Shown: positions 54,051-63,829 of the stretch, piece after piece
How positions within the stretch are numbered: position 1 is the stretch's first letter
How the letters are laid out: each line of letters begins with the position of its first letter
Origin: Mycoplasma sp. CAG:776
Lineage (GTDB): Bacteria > Bacillota_I > Bacilli_A > RF39 > UBA660
Direction of reading: 5' to 3'
Length of the DNA stretch: 64,000 bases
NCBI GenBank assembly: GCA_000438195.1
Contig: FR903053.1
Location: forward strand, 5,757-69,756
Translations under genes and position numbers: made by a program
The notes under the pieces: generated by a model
What the model was told of the DNA's origin: nothing
Databases searched by the model: none
The model's input: only the letters and a program-made list of their open reading frames with translations

Positions 54051-55472
54051 ATGAGTGAGATTAAAGATATCACTAGTAGAGATGTGGATTTTGCTTCTTG
54101 GTATACGGATGTTTGCGTAAAAGCTGGGTTGGTTGATTATTCAAGTGTGAAAGGAAGTATGATTATTTGCCCTTATGGTTATGCTATTTGGGAAAATATG
54201 CAGAAAATACTCGATCAAAAATTTAAAGAAACAGGGCATGAAAATGTTCAAATGCCAATGTTTATTCCAGAAAGTTTACTAAATGTTGAAAAAGAACATG
54301 TAATTGGTTTTGCACCAGAAGTAGCTTGGGTTACTCATGGTGGAAGTGAAAAGTTAGAAGAACGTTTATGTGTTCGGCCAACTAGTGAAGTATTATTTTG
54401 TGATTATTATAAGAAAATTATTAAGTCTTATAGAGATTTGCCTAAACTTTATAATCAATGGTGTACAATTGTGAGATGGGAAAAAACAACTAGACCATTT
54501 TTGCGTAGTAGAGAAATTTTGTGGCAAGAAGGTCATACGATGCATGCAACAGAAAAAGAAGCAAAGGAAGAGACCTTAAGAATGCTTCATATTTATGAAG
54601 ATTTTCAAAGAAATGTTTTAGCTATTCCGGTTATTGTTGGAAAGAAAACAGAAAAAGAAAAATTTGCTGGGGCTGTAGCTTCTTATTCTTTAGAAGCTAT
54701 GATGTATGACGGGGTTGCTTTGCAAAATGGTACTAGTCATTATTTTGGTAATGGTTTTGCGAAAGCTTTTGATATTCAATTTTTAAATCAAGATAATAAA
54801 CTGGAAACTCCTTATCAAACTAGTTGGGGTGTTACAACAAGAATGATAGGTGCTTTAATTATGGTTCATGGTGATGATCGAGGATTAGTTCTTCCTCCTA
54901 ATATTGCTCCTATCCAAGCAATTGTTATTCCGATAGGAAAAGATGAAGAAATAGCAGGAGTAGTAGATTCTCTTTCTTCTTCTTTAAAAGAAAGAAATAT
55001 ATCTTATAAAATAGATAATTCTAATAAAACACCAGGATTTAAATTTGCAGAAGCAGAAGTAAAGGGTTATCCCGTACGAATTGAAATTGGGAAAAGAGAT
55101 TTAGAAAATAATTGTGTTACCGTTGTTAGAAGAGATACTTTAGAAAAGTATCAGGTATCAATTATTGAAGTTGCTTCTTTTATTAAAAATTTATTTGGTG
55201 AGATTCAACAAAATATGTATGATAAAGCTTTAAAAAGAAGAGATTCTATGATAAATGATGCAAATAACTGGGAGGAATTTACTGATATTGCTAAAAATAA
55301 ACCTGGATTTATTAAAGCAAATTGGTGTGGTGATGAAGCTTGTGAAAATAAAATAAAAGACCTCTTTAGCATGAAAAGTCGTTGTTTGATTGAAGATGAA
55401 GAGATTCATACAAATTGTGTTGTATGTGGAAAAAAAGCTAATTATCGTCTTTATTTTGGTAAACAATACTAA
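54051..55472 (+). CDS. proS: Prolyl-tRNA synthetase, archaeal/eukaryote-like short type
   Basis: Class II motifs (RPTSE, FLRSRE..WQEGHT, GTSHYFG), C-terminal Cys cluster and terminal Tyr. Confidence 0.9.
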   Translation: MSEIKDITSRDVDFASWYTDVCVKAGLVDYSSVKGSMIICPYGYAIWENMQKILDQKFKETGHENVQMPMFIPESLLNVEKEHVIGFAPEVAWVTHGGSEKLEERLCVRPTSEVLFCDYYKKIIKSYRDLPKLYNQWCTIVRWEKTTRPFLRSREILWQEGHTMHATEKEAKEETLRMLHIYEDFQRNVLAIPVIVGKKTEKEKFAGAVASYSLEAMMYDGVALQNGTSHYFGNGFAKAFDIQFLNQDNKLETPYQTSWGVTTRMIGALIMVHGDDRGLVLPPNIAPIQAIVIPIGKDEEIAGVVDSLSSSLKERNISYKIDNSNKTPGFKFAEAEVKGYPVRIEIGKRDLENNCVTVVRRDTLEKYQVSIIEVASFIKNLFGEIQQNMYDKALKRRDSMINDANNWEEFTDIAKNKPGFIKANWCGDEACENKIKDLFSMKSRCLIEDEEIHTNCVVCGKKANYRLYFGKQY

Positions 55473-55550
55473 TTTTCCAAATACTGGTTATAACCAATTA
55501 TTGTTATCTTTAAAACTATAAATTTATCCATACTATTAATGGTGATTAGT

Positions 55551-56516
55551 ATGAAAAAGTTTATAGTTTTTTTATGTATCCTCCTTATGTCGCCGCTCAG
55601 TGTATTTGCTTATTCTTCTAAAGTTATTTTAGGTGGAGAAACAATTGGAATTGATATTCAAAGTAATGGAGTTATGATTATTGGTTTTTATAAGATTAAT
55701 GGAAAATACCATAAATCTGATTTAGTAGAAGGAGATATTATTACTAAGGTAGAAAATGATGAAGTTTTATCTATTGAAGATCTAACTGCATCTTTGGAAG
55801 AATATGTTAATCAAGATGAAATTGAAATTACTTATTTACATGGCGATAAAGAGAAAAATACTAGTATTCAGTTATTTTTGGAAAATGGAGTTTATAAAAC
55901 CGGATTATATGTGAAAGATGGAGTAACTGGTATTGGGACATTGACTTTTATAGATCCGTCTACAAATATTTATGGGGCTTTAGGTCATGAAGTTTTAGAA
56001 AGTAATACTTCTAAGATTATTGAGGTAAAAACAGGTTCTATCTTCCGAAATGAAATTACAGATATTAATGCTAGTAGTAATGGCTCCCCAGGTAGTAAAA
56101 ATGCTAAATTTTATTATGATACGGTTTATGGTGATATTGATAAAAATACGAAATATGGTATTTATGGAACTTATACTGATACCTATGATGAAAGTGATTT
56201 AATTGAAGTTGCAACTAGTGATGAGGTAAAAGTGGGTAAGGCTACTATTTATACAGTACTTGAAGATGAAACAGTAGAAGAATTTGAAATTGAAATTACT
56301 AAAATTAATGAGAATAGTGAAATTAAAAATATTTCTTTTGAAATAACTGATGAAGAATTATTGAATGTTACCGGAGGAGTGATTCAAGGAATGAGTGGTT
56401 CCCCAATTGTTCAAAATGGTAAATTAATTGGAGCGGTAACTCATGTGGTAACTGATAATGTAACAACTGGTTATGGACTCTTTATTACAACTATGTTAGA
56501 AGAAAGTGAAAAATAA
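55551..56516 (+). CDS. spoIVB: SpoIVB signalling serine peptidase (S55) with PDZ domain
   Basis: PDZ GDIITKVEND, GIGTLTFIDP...GALGH, GMSGSPIV catalytic Ser; ATG 55551 follows GGTGA. Confidence 0.85.
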   Translation: MKKFIVFLCILLMSPLSVFAYSSKVILGGETIGIDIQSNGVMIIGFYKINGKYHKSDLVEGDIITKVENDEVLSIEDLTASLEEYVNQDEIEITYLHGDKEKNTSIQLFLENGVYKTGLYVKDGVTGIGTLTFIDPSTNIYGALGHEVLESNTSKIIEVKTGSIFRNEITDINASSNGSPGSKNAKFYYDTVYGDIDKNTKYGIYGTYTDTYDESDLIEVATSDEVKVGKATIYTVLEDETVEEFEIEITKINENSEIKNISFEITDEELLNVTGGVIQGMSGSPIVQNGKLIGAVTHVVTDNVTTGYGLFITTMLEESEK

Positions 56517-56528
56517 ACTTTCTTTTTT
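56501..56528 (+). terminator. Rho-independent terminator
   Basis: AGAAAGT-9 nt-ACTTTCT followed by T5. Confidence 0.65.
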
Positions 56529-56533
56529 CAATT

Positions 56534-56556
56534 GCAATTCCATGGTTTAACAAAAT
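56534..56556 (+). repeat. Copy 2 of the exact 23-nt repeat GCAATTCCATGGTTTAACAAAAT
   Basis: Identical to 40114-40136. Confidence 0.9.
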
Positions 56557-56609
56557 CCGGCAAAGGAATATGATAAGATAACATTTATTCTTAGAGAAGG
56601 GAGGATTTT

Positions 56610-57473
56610 ATGAATACTAAGATAAATGTTACATTATCTGATGATATATGTTTTAAGTATATTTTTAGTAAAGAAGAAATATTAAAAGATTTCTTAAACT
56701 CTTTTTTTCAGTTTATAAGAGAAAAGAAAAAAGTAGTAAAGGTAAGAGCTAGTAGTAATGTACCGATATATGGAGATAAGTATCATTATAAAGTATATTA
56801 CGGTGATGCGTTAGTGTGGTTAGATACCGGAGAAGTAGTAGCTGTAGAGATGTATCGAAAGTTTGGGAGTATGGAATATAAGAAGAGTTTAGCTTATATT
56901 ACAAGATTATATTCGAATCAATATGATAGAGGAAAGAAATATGATGAAGGAAGAAAAGTAATTGGAATTAATATCATTGAAAATAATTATCAAAGGAACA
57001 ATGCATTTCTAGTAAATGATTATGGATTTGTTAATAAGTTTAATTATGGAAAAGTGGGAATTGAAGAGTTAGAGATGTATAATGTAAGGCTTGATTTAGT
57101 AAGGGAAAAAGTATATAATGTAGAAGAAGAGAGATTTATTAAATGGTTAAAACTAATAAGGGGAGGAGAGATAGAAGAGATGAAGAAGATAGCTAATCAA
57201 GAAAAAGAGATGGAAGATGCCGTAAGATTTATGGAGGAATTTTTAGCAGATGAAGAGATACGAAATGTATATGATAAGATAGTCGATGTAGAAAGAAACG
57301 CAAGAGAAGAAGGAGAAGAAAAAGGCTTAAAAAAAGGTGAAAAGAATGGAATAATAAAAACTGCTAAAAATATGTTAAAGAAAGACTTTTCTTTTGAAGA
57401 AATATCTGAGATTACAAATTTAACATTTGATGAAATTGCAGCTTTAAAAGGAGGAGGTTCTCATATTAATTGA
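56610..57473 (+). CDS. Rpn-family recombination-promoting nuclease / PD-(D/E)XK 'transposase'
   Basis: SDDICFKYIF start, GDALVWLDTGEVVAVEMY (D...E.x) core, acidic coiled C-terminus. Confidence 0.65.
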   Translation: MNTKINVTLSDDICFKYIFSKEEILKDFLNSFFQFIREKKKVVKVRASSNVPIYGDKYHYKVYYGDALVWLDTGEVVAVEMYRKFGSMEYKKSLAYITRLYSNQYDRGKKYDEGRKVIGINIIENNYQRNNAFLVNDYGFVNKFNYGKVGIEELEMYNVRLDLVREKVYNVEEERFIKWLKLIRGGEIEEMKKIANQEKEMEDAVRFMEEFLADEEIRNVYDKIVDVERNAREEGEEKGLKKGEKNGIIKTAKNMLKKDFSFEEISEITNLTFDEIAALKGGGSHIN

Positions 57474-57492
57474 GAACTTTTTTAATAAAAAA

Positions 57493-57516
57493 ACTAAAAA
57501 CTTTTATGTTTTTAGT
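57493..57516 (-). terminator. Terminator of tRNA-Asn (possibly bidirectional)
   Basis: ACTAAAAAC-6 nt-GTTTTTAGT; a T-run follows on the minus strand. Confidence 0.6.
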
Positions 57517-57530
57517 TAAATTCTAAATAA

Positions 57531-57606
57531 TGGCGCTCGTTGTAGGACTCGAACCTACGACCTAACGGTTAACAGCCGTGCGCTCTACCGACTGAGCTAA
57601 ACGAGC
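57531..57606 (-). tRNA. tRNA-Asn (anticodon GTT), CCA encoded
   Basis: Hand-folded: acceptor GCTCGTT/AACGAGC, D-arm GCTC-AGTCGGTA-GAGC, anticodon stem CACGG/CCGTT with loop CTGTTAA, T-arm GTAGG-TTCGAGT-CCTAC. Confidence 0.9.
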
Positions 57607-57617
57607 AGTACTACTAA

Positions 57618-57646
57618 ATTATAGTAAATATTATGCTAAATGTCAA
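57618..57646 (-). promoter_or_regulatory. Consensus sigma-A promoter for tRNA-Asn
   Basis: On the minus strand: TTGACA - 17 nt - TATAAT, 11 nt upstream of the tRNA 5' end. Confidence 0.7.
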
Positions 57647-57740
57647 CAGTTTTATGTATTTTTTTTTAAGAAAAATTCTAGAATCTACCATTGTAAATTT
57701 TTTTAATAAATGATAAGATAATTTAGGAGTAGTGATTAAG

Positions 57741-60086
57741 ATGGAACCCACAATTATTATAACAACAGAAGAAAATAAAAAAGATATTTTAAGAACTAAT
57801 AGTAAGAAGCATTTATTTCATAATTTAAAGTTTTTTACGTTTCAAGATCTTAAACATCAATTATTCTTTGATTATGATGAACAAACTATCTTATTTGTTG
57901 TTAGAAAATATCATGTTAGTATTGCTGTTGCTAAAATCTATCTTGACCATTTATACTTTTTGAAAGATCTAGATTATGATAAAGTACAATTTTTAAATGA
58001 GTTAAAAAAAGAATTGGATGATAATCATTTGCTTATTTATCATGATAATTTTGCTCAAATGTTTCAAGGTAAAAAAGTGATTGTTTATGGTTATCCAGTT
58101 CTTTTAAAGGAACAGCAGATGATTTTGGATCAATTAAATGTTCCTATTTTTTATCAAAACTCTAATAGTTTTTATACTCCAACTATTTTTGAGGCTTTAA
58201 GTTTAGATGATGAAGTAGAATTTGTTATGCAAGAGATTATGAAATTAATTCAAAAGAAAGTGTCTCTCTCTCATATTAAAATTATTGCTTCTAATGAATA
58301 TAATCATGTTTTAATGAGATATTTTAATATTTTTCATTTACCTTTTAATAAGGAAAGTAAGCATTCTTATTATAGTACGATGCTTGCTCAAGAATTTTTG
58401 GCTCATTATGATCAATTATCTATTGAAGAAAATATTTTGGATTTAAGTGAAAAATATCAAAATGTTAATGAGCTAGTTGATATTATTAATCGTTCTGTTT
58501 CTATTTTTTCTAAGGATGAGAGAAAAGATTTTATTATTGAAGATTTGAAAAAAATAAAATTAAAAGAAGTGATTTATGATGAGGCTATTTCTATTGTAGA
58601 TATTCATACTTCTTTTAGTGATGATGATTATGTTTTTTTGTTGGGATTTAATGTGAATGAATATCCTAAAATTAAAAGAGATATTGATTATTTTTCTGAT
58701 GAGATTAAAAAAGATTTGGGATTAGATACTACGACAGATTATAATAATTATCAAAAAAATATTATTTTAAATCAAATTCATCAAATTAAAAATTTAGTTA
58801 TTACTTATAAACTTAGAAGCTCAACTGGGGTTTTTTATCCTTCTATGTTAATTAAAGAATTAGGTGGGGAAGTTTTACCAATTTTTATAGATCAATCTTT
58901 TTCCTATTCTAAGCTTTATAGTGAGCTTAAGTATGCTCAAGCATTGGATAATTTATATAAATTTAATATTATTAGTAGTGATTTGGCTTTATTTCAAAGT
59001 AGTCTTTTAATTCCATATCAACAGTATGATAATCAGTTTACTGGTGTTTCTAAAGAGCTGATACAAGATAAATTTGATCATCAATTAGTTTTATCTTATA
59101 CTAATTTAGAAATGTATCGGGAGTGTGCTTTTCATTATTATATTAGTAAAGTTTTACATTTAGATATTTTCTTGGAAAGCTTTAAAACAATTCTGGGAAG
59201 TATTATGCATCATATTTTAGAACTGGGATTAGTGAAAGATATTGATATTGCTGTAGAAATGATGAAATTTGTAAAAGAAAAAGAATATGTTTTAAATGCT
59301 AAAGAAATGTTTTATTTAGAAGAATTTAGTAAAGAGTTATCTTTGGTTTTAGAAATTATTCGTAAACAACAAAAACACTCCGAATTAGATCATTATTTAT
59401 TCGAACAAGAATTCTATGTTTATAAAGATGTGGAAGATATGAATATTACTTTTAAGGGAAATATTGATAAAGTTATGTATAAAGAAGTATCTGGTCATGA
59501 GGTTTTGGCTGTAGTAGACTATAAAACGGGTAATACCAATATTACTTTAAAAGATTTAGATTATGGGCTTCATATTCAGTTACCAATTTATTTATATCTT
59601 CTTAAAAAGTCTGATCGGTTTCATGATGCTTTGATTGCAGGATTCTATATTCAAAAAGTATTAGTAAAAAAAGAAGCGATAGAGTTAAATAAAAGTATAC
59701 AAGAATTATTGGAAAATCGTTTGCGTTTACAAGGGTTTACAAATGCTAGAGAAGATTTAATGGAATTAATTGATGATGAGTATCAGGATAGTAAAATTAT
59801 TCAAAATTTGAAATTTAAAAAAGATGGAACAATTAGTTCAACTTCAAAAGTTTTATCAAACAAAGAAATGGATGAAGTAATTGATCAAGTGGATTTAATT
59901 ATTGATGATACAATTCATTCTATTTTAAAGGGAGAATTTTCAATTAATCCTAAAGTAATTAATGGTAAGAATGTTGCTTGTACTTATTGTAAATTTAAAG
60001 ATTTATGTTTTAGAAAGAAGAAAGACGAAGTAGTGTTAGGAGGTGATAGCGATGAAGTGGACGAAGGAACAGTTGCTTGCAATTAA
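57741..60086 (+). CDS. addB: Helicase-nuclease subunit AddB/RexB (short form, Fe-S nuclease domain)
   Basis: C-terminal nuclease (DYKTG) flanked by Cys in ECAFHYY and a CTYCKFKDLC cluster; precedes addA. Confidence 0.8.
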   Translation: MEPTIIITTEENKKDILRTNSKKHLFHNLKFFTFQDLKHQLFFDYDEQTILFVVRKYHVSIAVAKIYLDHLYFLKDLDYDKVQFLNELKKELDDNHLLIYHDNFAQMFQGKKVIVYGYPVLLKEQQMILDQLNVPIFYQNSNSFYTPTIFEALSLDDEVEFVMQEIMKLIQKKVSLSHIKIIASNEYNHVLMRYFNIFHLPFNKESKHSYYSTMLAQEFLAHYDQLSIEENILDLSEKYQNVNELVDIINRSVSIFSKDERKDFIIEDLKKIKLKEVIYDEAISIVDIHTSFSDDDYVFLLGFNVNEYPKIKRDIDYFSDEIKKDLGLDTTTDYNNYQKNIILNQIHQIKNLVITYKLRSSTGVFYPSMLIKELGGEVLPIFIDQSFSYSKLYSELKYAQALDNLYKFNIISSDLALFQSSLLIPYQQYDNQFTGVSKELIQDKFDHQLVLSYTNLEMYRECAFHYYISKVLHLDIFLESFKTILGSIMHHILELGLVKDIDIAVEMMKFVKEKEYVLNAKEMFYLEEFSKELSLVLEIIRKQQKHSELDHYLFEQEFYVYKDVEDMNITFKGNIDKVMYKEVSGHEVLAVVDYKTGNTNITLKDLDYGLHIQLPIYLYLLKKSDRFHDALIAGFYIQKVLVKKEAIELNKSIQELLENRLRLQGFTNAREDLMELIDDEYQDSKIIQNLKFKKDGTISSTSKVLSNKEMDEVIDQVDLIIDDTIHSILKGEFSINPKVINGKNVACTYCKFKDLCFRKKKDEVVLGGDSDEVDEGTVACN

Positions 60087-63000
60087 TGAGGAAGGGACTA
60101 ATTTAATTGTTTCGGCGGGAGCTGGTTCAGGAAAAACAGCAGTTTTATCTGAAAGAGTACTTAGAAAAGTAAAAGAGGGAATAGATATTCGACAAATTCT
60201 TATTTTAACTTTTACAAATGAAGCTGCTGGAGAAATGAAGGAAAGAATTAGAAAGAAATTAGAAAAAGAGCAATTAGTAGAACAACTTTCATATCTTGAT
60301 GCAGCTTATATTACAACTTTTGATGCTTATGCGCTTAGTTTAGTAAAGAAATATCATTATCTTTTTAATTTGAGTTCTAATATTTCGATTTTAGATTCTT
60401 CTATTATTAATTTAGAGAAGAAAAGAATATTAGATGAAATCATTATGGAATTATATGAAGAAAAAGATGTTAATTATTTGAAGTTAGTTCGTGATTTTAC
60501 AGAACGTGATGATGATATGATCCGCAAATATATTTTAGATATTAGTAATGCTTTAGATTTACGTTATGATAAAACGGAATATTTAAATACTTATATAGAA
60601 AAATATTATTCTCTAGATTATGTTGACAAAATTTTTGATGAATATTTTCAATATTTAAAAAATTTAACGTTATTAATTGAAGATGATTTTTATCTTTTAG
60701 AAAGCTTTTTAACAGAGAAAAATTATCAAAGTTGTTATGATGCTTTAACGCCTATTTTTAAGCCAAGAAGTTATAAAGACTTATATCAATGTCATGTTTC
60801 ATTGCCTACTTTTAGAGGGTTAGATTTAGATGGGAAAGAAATTAAAGAAGATTTAAAAAGATTAGTGAAAGAACTTAATGAACTTACTGTTTATAGTGAA
60901 GAAGAGCTAAAAAAGCAAATATTAAGTACGAAAGAGTATGTATTAGCAATTATTGATATTATATTAAAGCTAGACCAAAGAATACAAACTTACAAGAGAG
61001 AAAAAAATGCTTTTGAATTTGTTGATATTTCTAAAATGGCCATTTCTATTATGAAAGATCATCCGACTATTCGAGATGAAATCAAATATTCTTATCAAGA
61101 AATTATGATTGATGAATATCAAGATACAAATGATTTACAGGAGATGTTTATTTCGGAGATTGAAAATAACAATGTTTATATGGTTGGTGATATTAAGCAG
61201 TCAATTTACCGTTTTCGAAATGCTAATCCTAATATATTTAGAGAAAAATATGATTTTTATAAAAGACATGTTCATGGAGAAAAGATTGATTTATTAGAAA
61301 ATTTTCGTTCTCGCAAGGAAGTTTTACATAATATAAATGAAATATTTAATCTTATTATGGTTCCTGAATTAGGGGGGGTTGATTATCAGGATCATCATGC
61401 TATGATTTATGGTAATTTGGCTTATATTGAAAAGGGAAGTAACAATCAAAATCATAATTTGGAAATTTTAAAATATTCTTTAGATGATAAAAAGTTTACT
61501 AATGCGGAGGTAGAAGCTTTTACGATTGCTCAGGATATTCAAAATAAGATAAAAGAACATTATTTGGTTTATGATTTTGATTTGGGAGCTAATAGAGATA
61601 TCCAATATCAGGATTTTTGTATTATTTTAGATCGTGGAAAAGAAATGGTTCGATATAAGAAAATATTTGAAATGTTTAATATTCCTATGGAAATTTATCA
61701 AGATAGTAATTTGACGGATAAAGAAGATATGTTAATTATTAAAAATATTATAGGCCTTGTATTAGCCATAAAAAGGCAAGTATTTGATCAAAATATGCGT
61801 TATCATTTTGTAAGCATTGCTAGAAGTTATATTGGAAATATGAAGGATGAAGAAATATTTCAATGCTTAGAAAATAATACTTTTTATCAGACTGATATTT
61901 ATAAGATTGCTCAAGAAATAGCGAAAGATCTTGATTTTATGACTCCTGGTATTTTATTGCAAGAAATTATTAATCATTATCAATTTTATCAGAAATTAAT
62001 TTTAGTTGGTAATGTTAAAGAAGCGATGATTCGTTTCGATTATCTATTTAATCTAGCTAATTCGATGGAAACACTTGGATTTACTATTTTAGATTTAGAG
62101 GAATATTTTGAACAAATGATTTCCTCAGGAATGGAAATGCGTTATAAAGAAGGTAAAAGTTCTAGTAATTGTGTTAAAATTATGAATATTCATAAATCTA
62201 AAGGATTAGAATTTCCAATATGTTATTTTGCTGGTTTTAAAGAAACTTTTAATTTAAGAGATTTACAGGGTAGATTTATGTATGATCCGACTTATGGGAT
62301 TTTAACACCCTTTTATCAAGATGGAATTGGAACTTTATTCACTAAAGTATTAATTAAAAATAAATATTTAGAAGAAGAAATTGCCGAAAAAATTAGACTT
62401 TTTTATGTTGCTTTAACTAGAGCTAAAGAAAAAATGATTATGGTAGTTCCAGAATTTAAAAAAGAAGGTATAGTAAAAAATAAAATTGATTATTTAGCGG
62501 GAATTAAGTATCGTTCTTTTTATGATTTTATAGCTTCTATTTCATTTAATTTGAAAGATTATGTAAAAGTAGTAGATTTGAATCATTTGCATTTATCGAA
62601 AGATTATGAATTTACGGTAAGTAAAAATATACCAAATATAAGTAGTGATAAAACTATTCATTTTGAAGAAGTGAAGATTGATACGCATATCGTTCTACAA
62701 AATCATGCTTCTAAAACAATTCTAAAATTGATTACTAAAGAGGAAGCTAAAACATTATCTTATGGAACAAAAATTCATGAAATGTTAGAGTTAACAGATT
62801 TTAAACATGTAAAAAATCCAAATATTTATGTAAAAAATTTATTAGATACTTTTGATTTTCAATCGGCTACAATTTATCAAGAATTAGAGTTTTTCTTTAC
62901 AAAAGATGATAAAGAATATCATGGAATTATGGATTTGATGTTGGAATATGATGATGAGATTAAAATTATTGATTATAAACTTAAAAATATTGATGATGAT

Positions 63001-63126
63001 GCTTATATTAAACAGTTAAATGTTTATTATGAGTATATGAGTAGTGTTAGTGATAAAAAAATATCTTTATATTTGTATTCAATTATGGAACATAAAGTAA
63101 AAGAAGTGGAGGTTATCAATTTGTGA
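60052..63126 (+). CDS. addA: ATP-dependent helicase/nuclease subunit AddA
   Basis: UvrD-type motifs GAGSGKT, DEYQDTN, GDIKQSIYRFR, C-terminal nuclease GIMDLM...IIDYK; ATG follows GGAGGTGA. Confidence 0.9.
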   Translation: MKWTKEQLLAINEEGTNLIVSAGAGSGKTAVLSERVLRKVKEGIDIRQILILTFTNEAAGEMKERIRKKLEKEQLVEQLSYLDAAYITTFDAYALSLVKKYHYLFNLSSNISILDSSIINLEKKRILDEIIMELYEEKDVNYLKLVRDFTERDDDMIRKYILDISNALDLRYDKTEYLNTYIEKYYSLDYVDKIFDEYFQYLKNLTLLIEDDFYLLESFLTEKNYQSCYDALTPIFKPRSYKDLYQCHVSLPTFRGLDLDGKEIKEDLKRLVKELNELTVYSEEELKKQILSTKEYVLAIIDIILKLDQRIQTYKREKNAFEFVDISKMAISIMKDHPTIRDEIKYSYQEIMIDEYQDTNDLQEMFISEIENNNVYMVGDIKQSIYRFRNANPNIFREKYDFYKRHVHGEKIDLLENFRSRKEVLHNINEIFNLIMVPELGGVDYQDHHAMIYGNLAYIEKGSNNQNHNLEILKYSLDDKKFTNAEVEAFTIAQDIQNKIKEHYLVYDFDLGANRDIQYQDFCIILDRGKEMVRYKKIFEMFNIPMEIYQDSNLTDKEDMLIIKNIIGLVLAIKRQVFDQNMRYHFVSIARSYIGNMKDEEIFQCLENNTFYQTDIYKIAQEIAKDLDFMTPGILLQEIINHYQFYQKLILVGNVKEAMIRFDYLFNLANSMETLGFTILDLEEYFEQMISSGMEMRYKEGKSSSNCVKIMNIHKSKGLEFPICYFAGFKETFNLRDLQGRFMYDPTYGILTPFYQDGIGTLFTKVLIKNKYLEEEIAEKIRLFYVALTRAKEKMIMVVPEFKKEGIVKNKIDYLAGIKYRSFYDFIASISFNLKDYVKVVDLNHLHLSKDYEFTVSKNIPNISSDKTIHFEEVKIDTHIVLQNHASKTILKLITKEEAKTLSYGTKIHEMLELTDFKHVKNPNIYVKNLLDTFDFQSATIYQELEFFFTKDDKEYHGIMDLMLEYDDEIKIIDYKLKNIDDDAYIKQLNVYYEYMSSVSDKKISLYLYSIMEHKVKEVEVINL

Positions 63127-63239
63127 GAATTGATAATGAATTTTTTACTAATCTCTTACGTTTATTGACATTTTATTTGTGAAGATTATTGAGTTAAAAA
63201 GGAATGTATGATAATATATTTATATAAGGAGGATTTAAT

Positions 63240-63791
63240 ATGTGGATTGCTATTGTAATTATTGTCATTGTTGTTTTGATTTTAATTTGGGCTGTTTTAA
63301 CTTATAATTCTTTAGTTGATTTTAGAAATAGAGTTAAAGATGCTTGGAGTCAAATTGATGTTCAATTAAAAAGAAGATTTGATTTAATTCCTAATTTGGT
63401 AGAAACAGTTAAAGGTTATACAAAACATGAAAGTGAAACTTTAGAGGAAGTAATTAAAGCTCGCAATACTTATCTATCAGCTTCTTTACCAGAAGATCAA
63501 TTAAAAGCTGATGGAGAACTTACGAATGCCATTAATAAATTATTTGCTCTATCTGAAAGTTATCCAGATTTGAAAGCTAATCAAAATTTTCAAGATTTAC
63601 AGCAAGAATTACAACAAACAGAAGATAAGATTGCGATGTCTAGACAGTTTTATAATGATATTGTAATGCAATATAATAATAAGATTGAGATGGTACCATC
63701 TAACATTATTGCGGGATTATTTAAATTTAAGCAAGAAAAATTCTTTGAGGCAAATGAGACTGAAAAAGAAAATGTTAAAGTACAATTTTAA
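63240..63791 (+). CDS. lemA: LemA family protein
   Basis: N-terminal TM, YNSLV..RN.V..AWSQIDVQLKRR.DLIPNLV signature. Confidence 0.9.
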   Translation: MWIAIVIIVIVVLILIWAVLTYNSLVDFRNRVKDAWSQIDVQLKRRFDLIPNLVETVKGYTKHESETLEEVIKARNTYLSASLPEDQLKADGELTNAINKLFALSESYPDLKANQNFQDLQQELQQTEDKIAMSRQFYNDIVMQYNNKIEMVPSNIIAGLFKFKQEKFFEANETEKENVKVQF

Positions 63792-63817
63792 GGTTACCAA
63801 TTGGTATACCTTTTTTT
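63790..63817 (+). terminator. Rho-independent terminator
   Basis: AAGGT-TACC AATT GGTA-(T)-ACCTT hairpin followed by T6. Confidence 0.6.
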
Positions 63818-63829
63818 GAAAGGATTTTT

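Noticed and set aside
54040-54060. T-box or other leader upstream of proS
   Set aside because: proS starts 1 nt after the xseB stop, so there is no room for a leader. It is co-transcribed with xseAB.
55529-55535. CATACTA matching the forespore sigma-G -10 consensus upstream of spoIVB
   Set aside because: There is no acceptable GHATR-type -35 at 17-18 bp, and the motif is only 6 nt from the RBS. It is plausible biologically but unsupported by the sequence alone.
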